The position numbers and the translations under genes are program-made. A DNA stretch of 64,000 bases from an uncultured Candidatus Peribacteria bacterium. GTDB taxonomy: Bacteria; Patescibacteriota; Gracilibacteria; RBG-16-42-10. The DNA is taken from the NCBI GenBank assembly GCA_964514565.1, contig CAZERA010000001.1, positions 372,001 to 436,000 of the forward strand. Direction: 5' to 3'. Positions within the stretch are counted from its first letter, which is position 1. Each line of letters starts with the position of its first letter. Of the stretch, positions 1 through 11,906 are shown in pieces. The notes beneath the pieces are model-generated. The model did no database searches and was not told the origin of the DNA. It was given only the letters and a program-made list of their open reading frames with translations.

Positions 1-10
1 AGCAAATAAT

Positions 11-316
11 ATGCATGGCTTAGGTTCTCTTTTTCCCAAAGAATTAGCCAGACGAGGTCTGACTAAGGTAGTTTTGGCTGCACAAGTGGTCGATTTTTGG
101 CCCAAAGCCTTGGAACAGATTTATCCCAAGGCCATACCTTATACACAGGCACTGACATTCAAAGATCAAATCCTGACAGTAAAATGTACACATAGCGCAG
201 TGTCCTCTGAACTACAGATTTATAAAGAAGCGCTGCTTAAAGCTTACCAAACAACTTTTCCAAGGACGACGATCCAGTTTCGTTTTCAGACTGGGGCGAA
301 GGTAAACCGAGAATAG
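11..316 (+). CDS. DciA/DUF721 family protein (putative helicase-loader accessory)
   Basis: 101 aa; W..A....(P)....T.A......LTV.C.HS..SSELQ.....LL pattern typical of DUF721; the true start may lie near the window edge. Confidence 0.65.
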   Translation: MHGLGSLFPKELARRGLTKVVLAAQVVDFWPKALEQIYPKAIPYTQALTFKDQILTVKCTHSAVSSELQIYKEALLKAYQTTFPRTTIQFRFQTGAKVNRE

Positions 317-1298
317 CAAAGGTTTTATTGGTAGCTTTGCGTCCTTGTGGTGTTCTTTCGATTAAACCTTCTTGTACCAAGTATGGCTCATAGACATTGA
401 GCAAGGTTTCTTCGGTTTCATTACAAGCAGAGGCTAGTGTTTTCACTCCTATCGCTCTACCTTGAAACTTTTCTGCCAACACTCGCAGGAGCATCATGTC
501 ATTGTTGTCCAAGCCATGTTCATTGATGCCTAGTTTTGCTAAGCAATCTACAACAAATATTTCATCAATATGGCCAATGTCCGCAATATTAGCAAAATCA
601 CGAATGCGTTTGAGTAGGCGATTGGCGATACGTGGGGTACCGCGGGACCGATGAGCAATCATTTCTGCTGTACGTTGGTCAATCGTGAGATCTAGCAGTT
701 TTGCTGTACGCACAATAATCTGACCGAGTTCGCTAACTGTATAAAATTGTAATCGAAGCGTCTCCCCAAAACGGTGACGCAGTGGAGCTGAAAGATCGCC
801 ACTTCTGGTAGTAGCACCAATCAAAGTAAATGGTGGCAATGGTAGCGATATAGCTTCGCTAGTATGGCCTTTGCCCACCGTAATATCTAATCTAAAGTCT
901 TCCATCGCGGTATAGAGCATTTCTTCCAAGGGCAGCTTTAAACGATGTATCTCATCGATAAAGATCACAGTGTGTGGCTTGGTGGTACTGAGTAAGCTGA
1001 TAATATCCGCTGGTCTTTGTAAAGCTGTACCAGCACTAATGGTTAAATTAGCTTCCATCTCATTGGCAATCACCGTCGCGAGAGTGGTTTTCCCTAGTCC
1101 TGGCGGTCCAACCAATAACATATGATCCAATGCATCATGACGTTTTCGTGCTGCTTGAATGAATACATTCAAGTTATTCTTGATGTCAGTTTGGCCAATA
1201 TACTCACTCAGTTTCTTGGGTCTGAGACTAATCTCCCAAGTTTCGTCAGGAGCTGTAACTGTGGTTTGAATTGGTTTAACGTTGGTGGGTTTGCGCAT
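237..1298 (-). CDS. ruvB: Holliday junction branch migration helicase RuvB
   Basis: LRPKKLSEYIGQ, Walker A GPPGLGKTT, FIDEIHRL, GATTR, RGTPRIANRLL, YEPYL, RTPQGR. Confidence 0.97.
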   Translation of the reverse strand: MRKPTNVKPIQTTVTAPDETWEISLRPKKLSEYIGQTDIKNNLNVFIQAARKRHDALDHMLLVGPPGLGKTTLATVIANEMEANLTISAGTALQRPADIISLLSTTKPHTVIFIDEIHRLKLPLEEMLYTAMEDFRLDITVGKGHTSEAISLPLPPFTLIGATTRSGDLSAPLRHRFGETLRLQFYTVSELGQIIVRTAKLLDLTIDQRTAEMIAHRSRGTPRIANRLLKRIRDFANIADIGHIDEIFVVDCLAKLGINEHGLDNNDMMLLRVLAEKFQGRAIGVKTLASACNETEETLLNVYEPYLVQEGLIERTPQGRKATNKTFAILGLPSPQSENETGSSSLEKLFGKL

Positions 1299-1836
1299 AT
1301 TTTTGAATAGCTAAAGTCACCGCTTGGCCGGAAGAAATATCTTCAGGGAGGTCTAGGAGTAGTTCCTGAACGACACTTGGATCATAGCCCAGATTGACTA
1401 AGGTTTCAGTGGCAGTTTGATGTGCCCGTGGTTTTTCTAGGGTGGGTAAATGAGGGTTTTCGGTTAGTTCGATCAAGATCTTGAGGGCGGTTTTCTTACC
1501 AATGCCTGATATCCCTTCAAAAAAGACTTTGTCACTTCTCAAGATAGCTTGATGTAGTGGCTCGATTCCCTTACTCAGAATATTGAGAGCAGTCTTGGGA
1601 CCAATGCCTGAAATATTAATTAATAACTTGAACCATTTCTTTTCACTCATGGTAACAAAACCAAACAGTAAGTATTGTTCAGTAGTGAGATGCGGATGAA
1701 TAAATAAAGTGATCTGTTGATCCAATAAATAGGTATAGTGATGTGGCACTAACACTTCATAACCAATATTATTGGTCGTGATCAGCAAGGTATTTTCTTG
1801 GCTGGAGAGAATAGTGCCGGAAAGGTAATGAATCAT
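1276..1836 (-). CDS. ruvA: Holliday junction DNA-binding protein RuvA
   Basis: MIHYLSG start, GYEV, LFGF, two HhH motifs (ISGIGPKTA, ISGIGKKTA), LVNLGY C-terminal domain; upstream of ruvB. Confidence 0.95.
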   Translation of the reverse strand: MIHYLSGTILSSQENTLLITTNNIGYEVLVPHHYTYLLDQQITLFIHPHLTTEQYLLFGFVTMSEKKWFKLLINISGIGPKTALNILSKGIEPLHQAILRSDKVFFEGISGIGKKTALKILIELTENPHLPTLEKPRAHQTATETLVNLGYDPSVVQELLLDLPEDISSGQAVTLAIQKYAQTHQR

Positions 1837-1910
1837 AGTGGCAAGGGTTGTAAGATTAAACTTGCTTGCGATAATCGCGTAAATATTGTAATTCTAGCTG
1901 CGTTAAACTT

Positions 1911-2333
1911 ATGTCATCATTTATGAATGTAGCTCAATTTTTTTCTTTAGCATACTGGTTTGAGGTCAACCCAATCGGGGATTTCATGTATCTACGTCTG
2001 CTCACAGGTGTGGTTATCGGTTTGTTTGTAGCAGGAGTAGTGATCCAATTGGTCGCTCGTTTCGGCAAAATGAATGCTGTGGTACGAAAATTTCTGCGTC
2101 GTTTGCCTGGACCAATGTATCTCACTAGTATCTTGGCAGCTTTTTTTCTTTTTGCTCGTAATCAACGTGCTGCCTATCTCGGTATGCGTATATTTCTTCT
2201 AGTTACTTTTGGTCTATTTGTGATTTGGTTGGTGGTAGCGATTGTGAAATTTATCCGCAACTACCGTCGTGACCTCAATGCTGCTTTGAAGCGTAAAGAA
2301 AACAAAAAAGCTAAACGTCGTATTCAGAAGTAA
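1911..2333 (+). CDS. hypothetical membrane protein (3 TM, basic C-terminal tail)
   Basis: 140 aa; three hydrophobic segments and a Lys/Arg-rich tail. Confidence 0.7.
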   Translation: MSSFMNVAQFFSLAYWFEVNPIGDFMYLRLLTGVVIGLFVAGVVIQLVARFGKMNAVVRKFLRRLPGPMYLTSILAAFFLFARNQRAAYLGMRIFLLVTFGLFVIWLVVAIVKFIRNYRRDLNAALKRKENKKAKRRIQK

Positions 2334-2780
2334 TTACTTCAAACATTCATTTACTGCTTGTTTGACTGTATTGCCGTCTGCTTGGTTTCCTAGTTCTTTC
2401 ATCACAATTCCCATCGCTTTCCCAAAGTCTTTTTTCTCAGTCAGGCCCTGTGCCTGGAGGAGAGAAGAGACTTTTTCTTTGACTTGATCAGCACTCATTA
2501 ATGCTGGTAAGTATTGCTCAATTAATTTGATTTCAAACGCTTCTTTATCAGCTAAATCACTACGGTTGGCCTCAGTGTACTGAGTAAAAGAGTCTTGACG
2601 TTTCTTGAGCTCTTTACGAAAGATACCAACTACCGCTTCCTCAGTAGGAGCGACATTAGTATCTATTTCGATTTGTTTGATTGCTGCACTGAGCATTCGG
2701 AGAGCAGTTACTTTGTCTGCTTCACCTGCTTTCATGGCAGTTTTGATGTCCTGGCTGAGTTGCACAGAGAGTTCTGACAT
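2334..2780 (-). CDS. GatB/YqeY domain protein
   Basis: DIKTAMKAG...LRML, KELKKRQDS..QY..ANR.DLA.KE..EI..I..YLP, GKAMG. Confidence 0.92.
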   Translation of the reverse strand: MSELSVQLSQDIKTAMKAGEADKVTALRMLSAAIKQIEIDTNVAPTEEAVVGIFRKELKKRQDSFTQYTEANRSDLADKEAFEIKLIEQYLPALMSADQVKEKVSSLLQAQGLTEKKDFGKAMGIVMKELGNQADGNTVKQAVNECLK

Positions 2781-2913
2781 AGAGGGGGATATTTAAGCGT
2801 TTTCACACTACACATATTAGCCGGTTTTTCCTAGGTGAGTGATAAAGCACAATTCATTATGAACCAATATGTCTAGAGCGGAATAAAATTAAGCATAAGC
2901 CAAAAACATGTGT

Positions 2914-2942
2914 TTGACATCTATTTTTTATATGACTATAGT
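2914..2942 (+). promoter_or_regulatory. sigma70-type promoter upstream of the 2973 gene
   Basis: TTGACA(2914-2919)-N17-TATAGT(2937-2942). Confidence 0.7.
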
Positions 2943-2972
2943 GACCTCCGAGATCGTTAATGCACCTACCTT

Positions 2973-4034
2973 ATGAATGGTACCCCCTCCACTTACTCCT
3001 CATGGCAAAAATTGGCCCTCAATGACGTCATAGAGGAAATGTTTATGGTGCTCACGGATAAAGAACGGGAGGTATTGATTCGTCGCTATAGCCTACACAA
3101 TCAACCCAAAGAAACACTGGAGAAAATTGGTGAAGATTTTGCTGTGACTCGCGAACGTGTGCGCCAAATTGAAAACGCTGCCCTCAAAAAGCTGCGCCGT
3201 ACTTTGAGCAATACTAAGCTCAAGGATGTGACGCGTGCTGCTGATGGTATCTTGCGTGAGAATGATGGATTGCTTTTGGAATCAAAACTAATCCAAAAGA
3301 TCATCCAAACTGTCACTGACATTTCTATTGATAGCAATATTGTGAAATTGGCTCTAGGTATCGAGGAAGATATTATCAAAGTAAAGAAAAATAGTTTGTT
3401 CAAGCCAGCTTGGCGTCTCGACCAAGTGCAAGAACGTATTATGCGTGACATCATTGATTCTGCAGAAGAAGTTTTGAAAAAGTCTCAAGATGCTTTGCAT
3501 GGCAATGAACTTGTAGAGAAAGTGATGAAACGTCATGCGCTCAAAGCTACTCCTAAGTTTGTAATTGCTTGCTTAGAGGTAAGTAAATTATTTAAGCGCG
3601 TTGAAGATGGTTGGGGTCTGATGGAATGGCGCCATATCAATCCAAAGAGTATTCGTGACAAAGCGTATATCGTGCTCAAACGTGCTGAAAAACCTCTCCA
3701 CTTTATGGAGATTGCCAATCGTATCATTGAAGCTGAATTTGATCACAAAGTAGTTACCGTCCAAGCAGTTCACAATGAACTAATTCGTGGTGAAAACTTT
3801 GTGTTAGTTGGTCGTGGTCTTTATGCTTTGAAAGAATGGGGCTATGTGGAAGGAACAGTGAGTGATGTGATTGAACGTATTCTGAAGAAAGCGCAAAAAC
3901 CATTGGAAAAATCTGAGATTGTGAAGAGAGTGCTAGCAGTGCGCCAAGTCAAAATTGGTACGATTGCCCTCAATCTCCAAAAGAATCCTCGTTTCGTCCG
4001 TGTTGGTCGTGCGGTATATGAATATCGTGGTTAA
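2973..4034 (+). CDS. sigma70 region-4 HTH fused to tandem HARE-HTH/RNAP-delta-like winged helices
   Basis: N-terminal LTDKEREVLIRRYSL...TLEKIGEDFAVTRERVRQIE; two C-terminal repeats ending FVLVGRGLYALKEW and FVRVGRAVY; no sigma region 2. Confidence 0.8.
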   Translation: MNGTPSTYSSWQKLALNDVIEEMFMVLTDKEREVLIRRYSLHNQPKETLEKIGEDFAVTRERVRQIENAALKKLRRTLSNTKLKDVTRAADGILRENDGLLLESKLIQKIIQTVTDISIDSNIVKLALGIEEDIIKVKKNSLFKPAWRLDQVQERIMRDIIDSAEEVLKKSQDALHGNELVEKVMKRHALKATPKFVIACLEVSKLFKRVEDGWGLMEWRHINPKSIRDKAYIVLKRAEKPLHFMEIANRIIEAEFDHKVVTVQAVHNELIRGENFVLVGRGLYALKEWGYVEGTVSDVIERILKKAQKPLEKSEIVKRVLAVRQVKIGTIALNLQKNPRFVRVGRAVYEYRG

Positions 4035-4055
4035 AAAAATTAGAGACTAATTAAG

Positions 4056-4090
4056 AAAAGACTTAAGTATCAATTACTTAGGTCTTTTTT
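4056..4090. terminator. bidirectional intrinsic terminator
   Basis: AAAAGACTTAAGTA-TCAAT-TACTTAGGTCTTTT with A/T tracts on both sides, between convergent genes. Confidence 0.8.
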
Positions 4091-4091
4091 A

Positions 4092-6909
<2,818 letters not shown>

Positions 6910-6913
6910 AACC

Positions 6914-7813
6914 TCAATGATTCATTTCCCGCAGAATTCTGATCCGGTCAGCGATCGGTGGATGGGTGGAGAACAGTTTACTGAAACCGTCAGACTTGAG
7001 TGGGTTGCTAATAAAAAGATGGGCGGTTGCTTTATTGGCATGAGCCATTGGTTCTGCATGGGCACTGATTTTCTCTAAGGCATTTGCTAGCCCCTCAGGG
7101 TATCTTGTTAAAAGGACGCCGGAAGCATCTGCCAGATATTCTCGTTTGCGTGAGATAGCTAGCTGGATAATAGTAGCAATGATTGGTGAAAGGATGATCA
7201 GTACGAGACCAATAATCATAATGATACCGTTGAGCGAGCTATTATTTTCTCGACTATCTCTTCTGCGTCCACCTCCCCACATACCCCAGCGCACAAACCA
7301 ATCGGCAAGCATCGTAATAGTACCTACAAACACACTTACTAGGGTCATGAACAGAATGTCGTAGTTTTTGATGTGACTCATTTCATGCGCGAGTACGCCT
7401 TCCAATTCTGTTTTGCTGAGCATTTGTCGAATACCAGTAGTGACAGCGATAGCAGCATGCTGTGGATTTCGACCAGTAGCAAAAGCATTGGGAGATGGAT
7501 CGTTGATCACATAGAGCTTGGGCATGGGAATGCCACTAGTAATGGTCAGACTCTCCACAATGTGAAATAGCTCTGGATCATCCGTTTCAGTGATTTGCTT
7601 CGCACCATTCACAGCCAAAGCGATTTTATCACTCCAGAAATACCCCACAAAACTGGATGCCCCAGCTACCACCATTGCTAGTCCCACACTCTCAATTCCA
7701 TTGCCATAATATTGTCCCCAGATGTAACCAATACCAACAATAAATGCCATGAACAAAACCAAGAGCAAGACTGATCTCAATTTATTGCCAGAAATGTACG
7801 AATAAGTAGTCAT
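6914..7813 (-). CDS. htpX: membrane zinc metalloprotease HtpX (M48)
   Basis: PNAFATG, HEMSH zinc motif, SRKREYLAD, FSTHPP. Confidence 0.95.
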   Translation of the reverse strand: MTTYSYISGNKLRSVLLLVLFMAFIVGIGYIWGQYYGNGIESVGLAMVVAGASSFVGYFWSDKIALAVNGAKQITETDDPELFHIVESLTITSGIPMPKLYVINDPSPNAFATGRNPQHAAIAVTTGIRQMLSKTELEGVLAHEMSHIKNYDILFMTLVSVFVGTITMLADWFVRWGMWGGGRRRDSRENNSSLNGIIMIIGLVLIILSPIIATIIQLAISRKREYLADASGVLLTRYPEGLANALEKISAHAEPMAHANKATAHLFISNPLKSDGFSKLFSTHPPIADRIRILREMNH

Positions 7814-7866
7814 AGCAAATAGGATTTATCTCTACATTATCTACCAACTGCTTAGTGCTATATTGC

Positions 7867-8424
7867 TTAGAAACTCACCTTTACGTTTTCGCGCTCAGAT
7901 TTATCTTCAAGTTCAAAGAATTCTTTCTTTTGGAAGCCAAACATATTGGCAATAATATTGCTAGGAAACATTTCTACCTTGGTGTTGAGGTCACGTACAT
8001 TGCCATTATAGAAACGGCGTGATGCTTGGATTTTGTCTTCAGTACTTGCCAACTCTTCTTGGAGCTTGAGGAAGTTTTCATTAGCTTTGAGCTCTGGATA
8101 ATTTTCAGTAATAGCAAATACGCTTTTGAGTGCTCCGCTCAGCACGTTTTCATTTTTTGCTTGTTCAGCAGGACTAGCTCCAGCTGACTGAATCGCTTGT
8201 GTACGTGCTGCGGTTACTCTTTCAAAGAGCTCACTTTCGTGTTTGGCATAACCTTTTACTGTCTCCAATAAATTTGGAATCAAATCATGACGACGCTTGA
8301 GTTGGACATCAATATCAGACCAAGCTTCGTCTGAGCGTACACGTAAAGTAACTAGGCTATTGTAAAGTCCAACAATGCCAATAATGATAATAACTAGAAC
8401 TACTAATAAAATGATTGCAGTCAT
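7867..8424 (-). CDS. lemA: LemA family protein
   Basis: N-terminal TM, YNSLV, AWSDIDVQLKRRHDLIPNL, YPELKAN.NF, RRFYN, FPSN. Confidence 0.95.
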   Translation of the reverse strand: MTAIILLVVLVIIIIGIVGLYNSLVTLRVRSDEAWSDIDVQLKRRHDLIPNLLETVKGYAKHESELFERVTAARTQAIQSAGASPAEQAKNENVLSGALKSVFAITENYPELKANENFLKLQEELASTEDKIQASRRFYNGNVRDLNTKVEMFPSNIIANMFGFQKKEFFELEDKSERENVKVSF

Positions 8425-8446
8425 AAATTGATGTTAAATAAAATAC

Positions 8447-9043
8447 TTATGGTGTTGGGCTGGGATTCTGAGGAATTCGTTGTTCACGAGTGTATTTGTC
8501 GCGTAATTCAATTACTGTACTGGCAATCATACTCGGCCAATGGACAAAAGTCATCCCGAAAACATTTTCTTCAGGACCTGCTGTTTGAATTTTGATGTTG
8601 CCATAATGCAATAGTGTCCCCCAGAAACCACGTACCTCACTAGACACATCTTGAATCTGAGCGAGATTCGCCTCTGATATTCTTCTACTGAATAGCTTGT
8701 CTTGATTGATATCAACCATGCGGCGATCAGTAAAGATGATTAAGTCGAATCGATGATCAATCCAGCGGACATAATACCAGAACAAAGCAAAAAGGATGTA
8801 CAGATGCATCACTACGACGCCGATATCAATATAAGCTGTATGGGCAAATGGCCAAATAAAATTTACCAATGTGTAAGTAATCAGTGGCCAGAACGCAGCA
8901 AAAAAAGTACTTACTAAAATACCCACATCTACTATCCAGTGTTTGCGAACTATTAAAATTACTTTCTCATCAGGAACTTGGCCCGGAAAAGCTTTGAATC
9001 CAGGAATATCTTTGGGGCGATAGTGTTTGAGATGGTCGCTCAT
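8447..9043 (-). CDS. membrane protein with bacterial PH domain
   Basis: EKVILIVRKHW, two TM helices, FTDRR, IQDV, YGNIKIQTAG. Confidence 0.75.
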   Translation of the reverse strand: MSDHLKHYRPKDIPGFKAFPGQVPDEKVILIVRKHWIVDVGILVSTFFAAFWPLITYTLVNFIWPFAHTAYIDIGVVVMHLYILFALFWYYVRWIDHRFDLIIFTDRRMVDINQDKLFSRRISEANLAQIQDVSSEVRGFWGTLLHYGNIKIQTAGPEENVFGMTFVHWPSMIASTVIELRDKYTREQRIPQNPSPTP

Positions 9044-9249
9044 GAGAATAATTGATCAAAAGGAATAGTAAACAAAATCCGCAGACCGTTGAAAGCCAAC
9101 ATAATACTAATTACAACATACAAAATAGTGAGATTGCGGGACAATCCATCACTTTTATACGCGTATGCGTAGACTTGTTGGATAGCAATAAAAGACATCA
9201 CTGCCCAAACAACTAGAATCAATATGTAAGCAAGAATAAATGGCCACAT
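9040..9249 (-). CDS. small 2-TM membrane protein
   Basis: 69 aa; two hydrophobic helices; ATGA stop/start coupling with the downstream gene. Confidence 0.65.
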   Translation of the reverse strand: MWPFILAYILILVVWAVMSFIAIQQVYAYAYKSDGLSRNLTILYVVISIMLAFNGLRILFTIPFDQLFS

Positions 9250-9301
9250 CGCAAAATAGCTACTGACATAGTCACTGTAGCAAAAATACCCTTTACTGCA
9301 A

Positions 9302-9730
9302 CTAGGCAGCTTTCGCTTTTGGCGGTGTGTTTTGGTCAGGGTTGCCGATCACACTTCTAGCATGTTCCAACATTACCTCCTGAGGAGTTTTGCGGCTTTT
9401 AGTTTTACGAGCTAGTTGGCGGCGCTTTTCTAAGACCGCAGCTTGAATAGAAAATGAAGTTCCACCTATTAATGCTTTGAGAAATAGACGGTCAATGAGA
9501 GCTATAGTTTTTGCTTCTTGTACGTAATCAGTGTCTCCTAGTGTGAGTGGCAACGCATTGTCATTTGCAGCAATAGTTGGCAATACCTTTTTGGTCGCTT
9601 GGGTTTGAGTTTGTTGCTTCTGTGGCAAATTATCTCCTAAAATTTTGCGAGCACTAACAGGCGACTCCTGTGGAGCATTGATTCCGTTATCGGGATTGAG
9701 GTCTGGACTAGGGGATAATTGATCTGGCAT
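9302..9730 (-). CDS. hypothetical protein
   Basis: 142 aa ORF filling the gap; low-complexity P/Q/N-rich N-terminus. Confidence 0.6.
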   Translation of the reverse strand: MPDQLSPSPDLNPDNGINAPQESPVSARKILGDNLPQKQQTQTQATKKVLPTIAANDNALPLTLGDTDYVQEAKTIALIDRLFLKALIGGTSFSIQAAVLEKRRQLARKTKSRKTPQEVMLEHARSVIGNPDQNTPPKAKAA

Positions 9731-9841
9731 ACGAGAGTAAAGCTAAACTTATTTATAGATCTTTTACGCTAAAGTGTCAACTGTTTACGCCGTGCGGATG
9801 GCATAGTACTATCAACCGGTAAGATTTTCTATCCCCCCAAT

Positions 9842-10393
9842 ATGTATCTTGCTCCTACCTGGAATCTGTTCGTCCTAATCTTGTTCACTGTCATCGTAGC
9901 ATATAGTCTAATTATAGGAGCAAATCGCACAGCCAAGATAATTTTGAGCTCATATGTTGCTATTTTGGCAGCAGATGGTTTAGGTAATATCGCTTATACT
10001 TTTTTTACCAATCCCAACCGTGTATTTGCCTTGGTCACTATTCAGTCTGCTAGTCAGTCACTGGTGATTTTAAAGATACTTTTGTTTATTGGTTTAATTA
10101 TTCTGTTGACATTGCGTGGGGGATTTGAGCCTACATTAGAGCCAAAAGGGTCTAGTATATGGCTTCTGTTGGTCAATCTAGTGCTTGGAACATTAAGTGC
10201 TGGACTAATAGTTAGTGCTATTTTAGTTTACTTTTCTGGTGGATCTTTTTTGCCAAATATCGGCTTTACACCTACTGATATTGCCAAAAGTATTTATGAA
10301 CAGTCCCCAATTGCTAGATTAATGATCGATCAAAATAGCTTGTGGTTTTCTTTGCCTGGTTTAGCGATGCTAGTGAGATCATTGCTGGGATAA
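9842..10393 (+). CDS. hypothetical multi-pass membrane protein
   Basis: 183 aa; about 5 hydrophobic segments. Confidence 0.75.
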   Translation: MYLAPTWNLFVLILFTVIVAYSLIIGANRTAKIILSSYVAILAADGLGNIAYTFFTNPNRVFALVTIQSASQSLVILKILLFIGLIILLTLRGGFEPTLEPKGSSIWLLLVNLVLGTLSAGLIVSAILVYFSGGSFLPNIGFTPTDIAKSIYEQSPIARLMIDQNSLWFSLPGLAMLVRSLLG

Positions 10394-10395
10394 GT

Positions 10396-11268
10396 ATGGT
10401 AGGGGAATTAGTAAAAGCTCAAACTAGCGACGGTTATCAACTCAATGGTTTTTGGGTGCCTGGTATTAGAGGTAAACCGGTAGTTTTGCATGTACATGGT
10501 TATGGTGGCAATTTTTATGCAAACCAATTTGTGCATGAAATTGGCAATATGATTAGTGCCGATGGTGATAGCTTCCTGACTATTGAAACTCGTGGTTCTT
10601 ATGATCAACAAGGGCTTGCAGTCTATGGTAAAGGTTTTGAAAACACAGGCGCCTATTTGGAAAAGTTGGAAGATGCTTATCAAGATATCGATGCTTGGAT
10701 AGATTTCCTGGTCAAAAAAGGATTTGATCAAATAATTCTTGAAGGACATTCACTCGGGACTGTTAAAAGTGTGCGGTATATTCACCAAGGTCAATATGCC
10801 AAGCTGATCAAAAAGCTAGTGCTACTATGTCCGTTTGATCGCTTTGCGTTGGCAGAAAAGACTACTAACGGTCACCTGAGTCATTATGTTGAAGAGGCAC
10901 GGATAAAGATTGAGCAACAACATATGCATGACTTGGTCCCCGTAGAGTGGTGTACGCTTCCGATGAGCTATGGCACTTTTCTTTCTTGGTATGAAGATAC
11001 TGAAGCTAATCATTGTTTTGACTATATACAGCCAGGCTTTCAATCTGCTTACCTTCAGTCCATTGATCTACCAGTCATGATTATTGTGGGTAGCAAAGAT
11101 GAATTTTTCTCGACCCTGGCTCCTGATCAGTCACAAGCAAACTTAGATCGTTTGAGTAGTCAGTTTCCTCATGGTCAAAACTACCTGGTCGATGGCGCTA
11201 GGCATTCCTTCAAAGGCTATGAAGATAAATTGACTGGAAAAATAAAAGAGTTTGTTATATGTGCTTAA
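10396..11268 (+). CDS. alpha/beta hydrolase (DUF1749-like)
   Basis: HVHGYGG oxyanion motif, GHSLG nucleophile, GSKDE acid, GARHSF His; ATG 10396 preferred because it follows the upstream stop. Confidence 0.88.
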   Translation: MVGELVKAQTSDGYQLNGFWVPGIRGKPVVLHVHGYGGNFYANQFVHEIGNMISADGDSFLTIETRGSYDQQGLAVYGKGFENTGAYLEKLEDAYQDIDAWIDFLVKKGFDQIILEGHSLGTVKSVRYIHQGQYAKLIKKLVLLCPFDRFALAEKTTNGHLSHYVEEARIKIEQQHMHDLVPVEWCTLPMSYGTFLSWYEDTEANHCFDYIQPGFQSAYLQSIDLPVMIIVGSKDEFFSTLAPDQSQANLDRLSSQFPHGQNYLVDGARHSFKGYEDKLTGKIKEFVICA

Positions 11269-11292
11269 TTAAAGATAATAACCAAGACTAGT

Positions 11293-11568
11293 ATGGCAAA
11301 GAAACCCACCGGTGAGGCACACACTGAGCAAAAAAATGATACTGAAGCATTGATTAAAGAATTGCATCTCTTGAGAAAAGAACTGCGTTTGGCTAATTCA
11401 TGGAAATACCGATTGGTATTGGCCCTGCTTACTGGCTTTGGTACGGTATTTGGCGCCACAGTAGTAGTTGCCCTAGTGCTCTTTATCCTTTCTCAACTAG
11501 CCTCCATTGAACTAATCCGTCCCCTGGTAGAATGGGTAGTCCACATCGTAGAAAATAGCCGCAAGTAA
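11293..11568 (+). CDS. DUF5665-like small membrane protein
   Basis: LLTGFGTVFGATVVVALVLFIL glycine-rich TM motif. Confidence 0.6.
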   Translation: MAKKPTGEAHTEQKNDTEALIKELHLLRKELRLANSWKYRLVLALLTGFGTVFGATVVVALVLFILSQLASIELIRPLVEWVVHIVENSRK

Positions 11569-11712
11569 TGCGAACTCGAAGAGGAGCTGGCATATGCTTT
11601 CTATATAAAGATTAGCTCAAAGATTTTATTCTTATCCTAATTCTTATTCTTCGAACTCGCGAAAATAAGCTTTTTTGAGAAAGATAGTATAAAGATTGAG
11701 AGTGAGGATAAA

Positions 11713-11734
11713 CACGAACTCATGCGAGTTCGTG
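11713..11734 (-). terminator. hairpin at the tRNA-Lys 3' end (terminator or processing signal)
   Basis: perfect 9-bp inverted repeat CACGAACTC-ATGC-GAGTTCGTG overlapping the CCA; short TTT after it on the minus strand. Confidence 0.5.
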
Positions 11735-11808
11735 GTGGGTCGGGCGGGATTCGAACCCGCGACCATCAGCTTAAAAGGCTGTTGCTCTACCGACTGAGCT
11801 ACCGACCC
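11733..11808 (-). tRNA. tRNA-Lys (anticodon UUU)
   Basis: GGGTCGGTAGCTCAGTCGGTAGAGCAACAGC-CTTTTAA-GCTGATGGTCGCGGGTTCGAATCCCGCCCGACCCACCA; full cloverleaf with encoded CCA. Confidence 0.97.
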
Positions 11809-11906
11809 GTGCTGCGTGATATTAATGAGGTTTGTGCAATGTTGCAAGATGCTAGTCGACAAATCTTTATAATATGCTAGTATTGAAAGCAATTTTAACT
11901 CAAATT

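Noticed and set aside
7840..7866. Third CIRCE upstream of htpX (AGTGCTA half-site)
   Set aside because: No matching TTAGCACTC arm at 9-bp spacing; likewise only a partial TAAGCAC before htrA at about 15104.
11644..11892. 82-aa ORF, and 29761-29946 ORF
   Set aside because: Both overlap tRNA genes and are translations of tRNA sequence.
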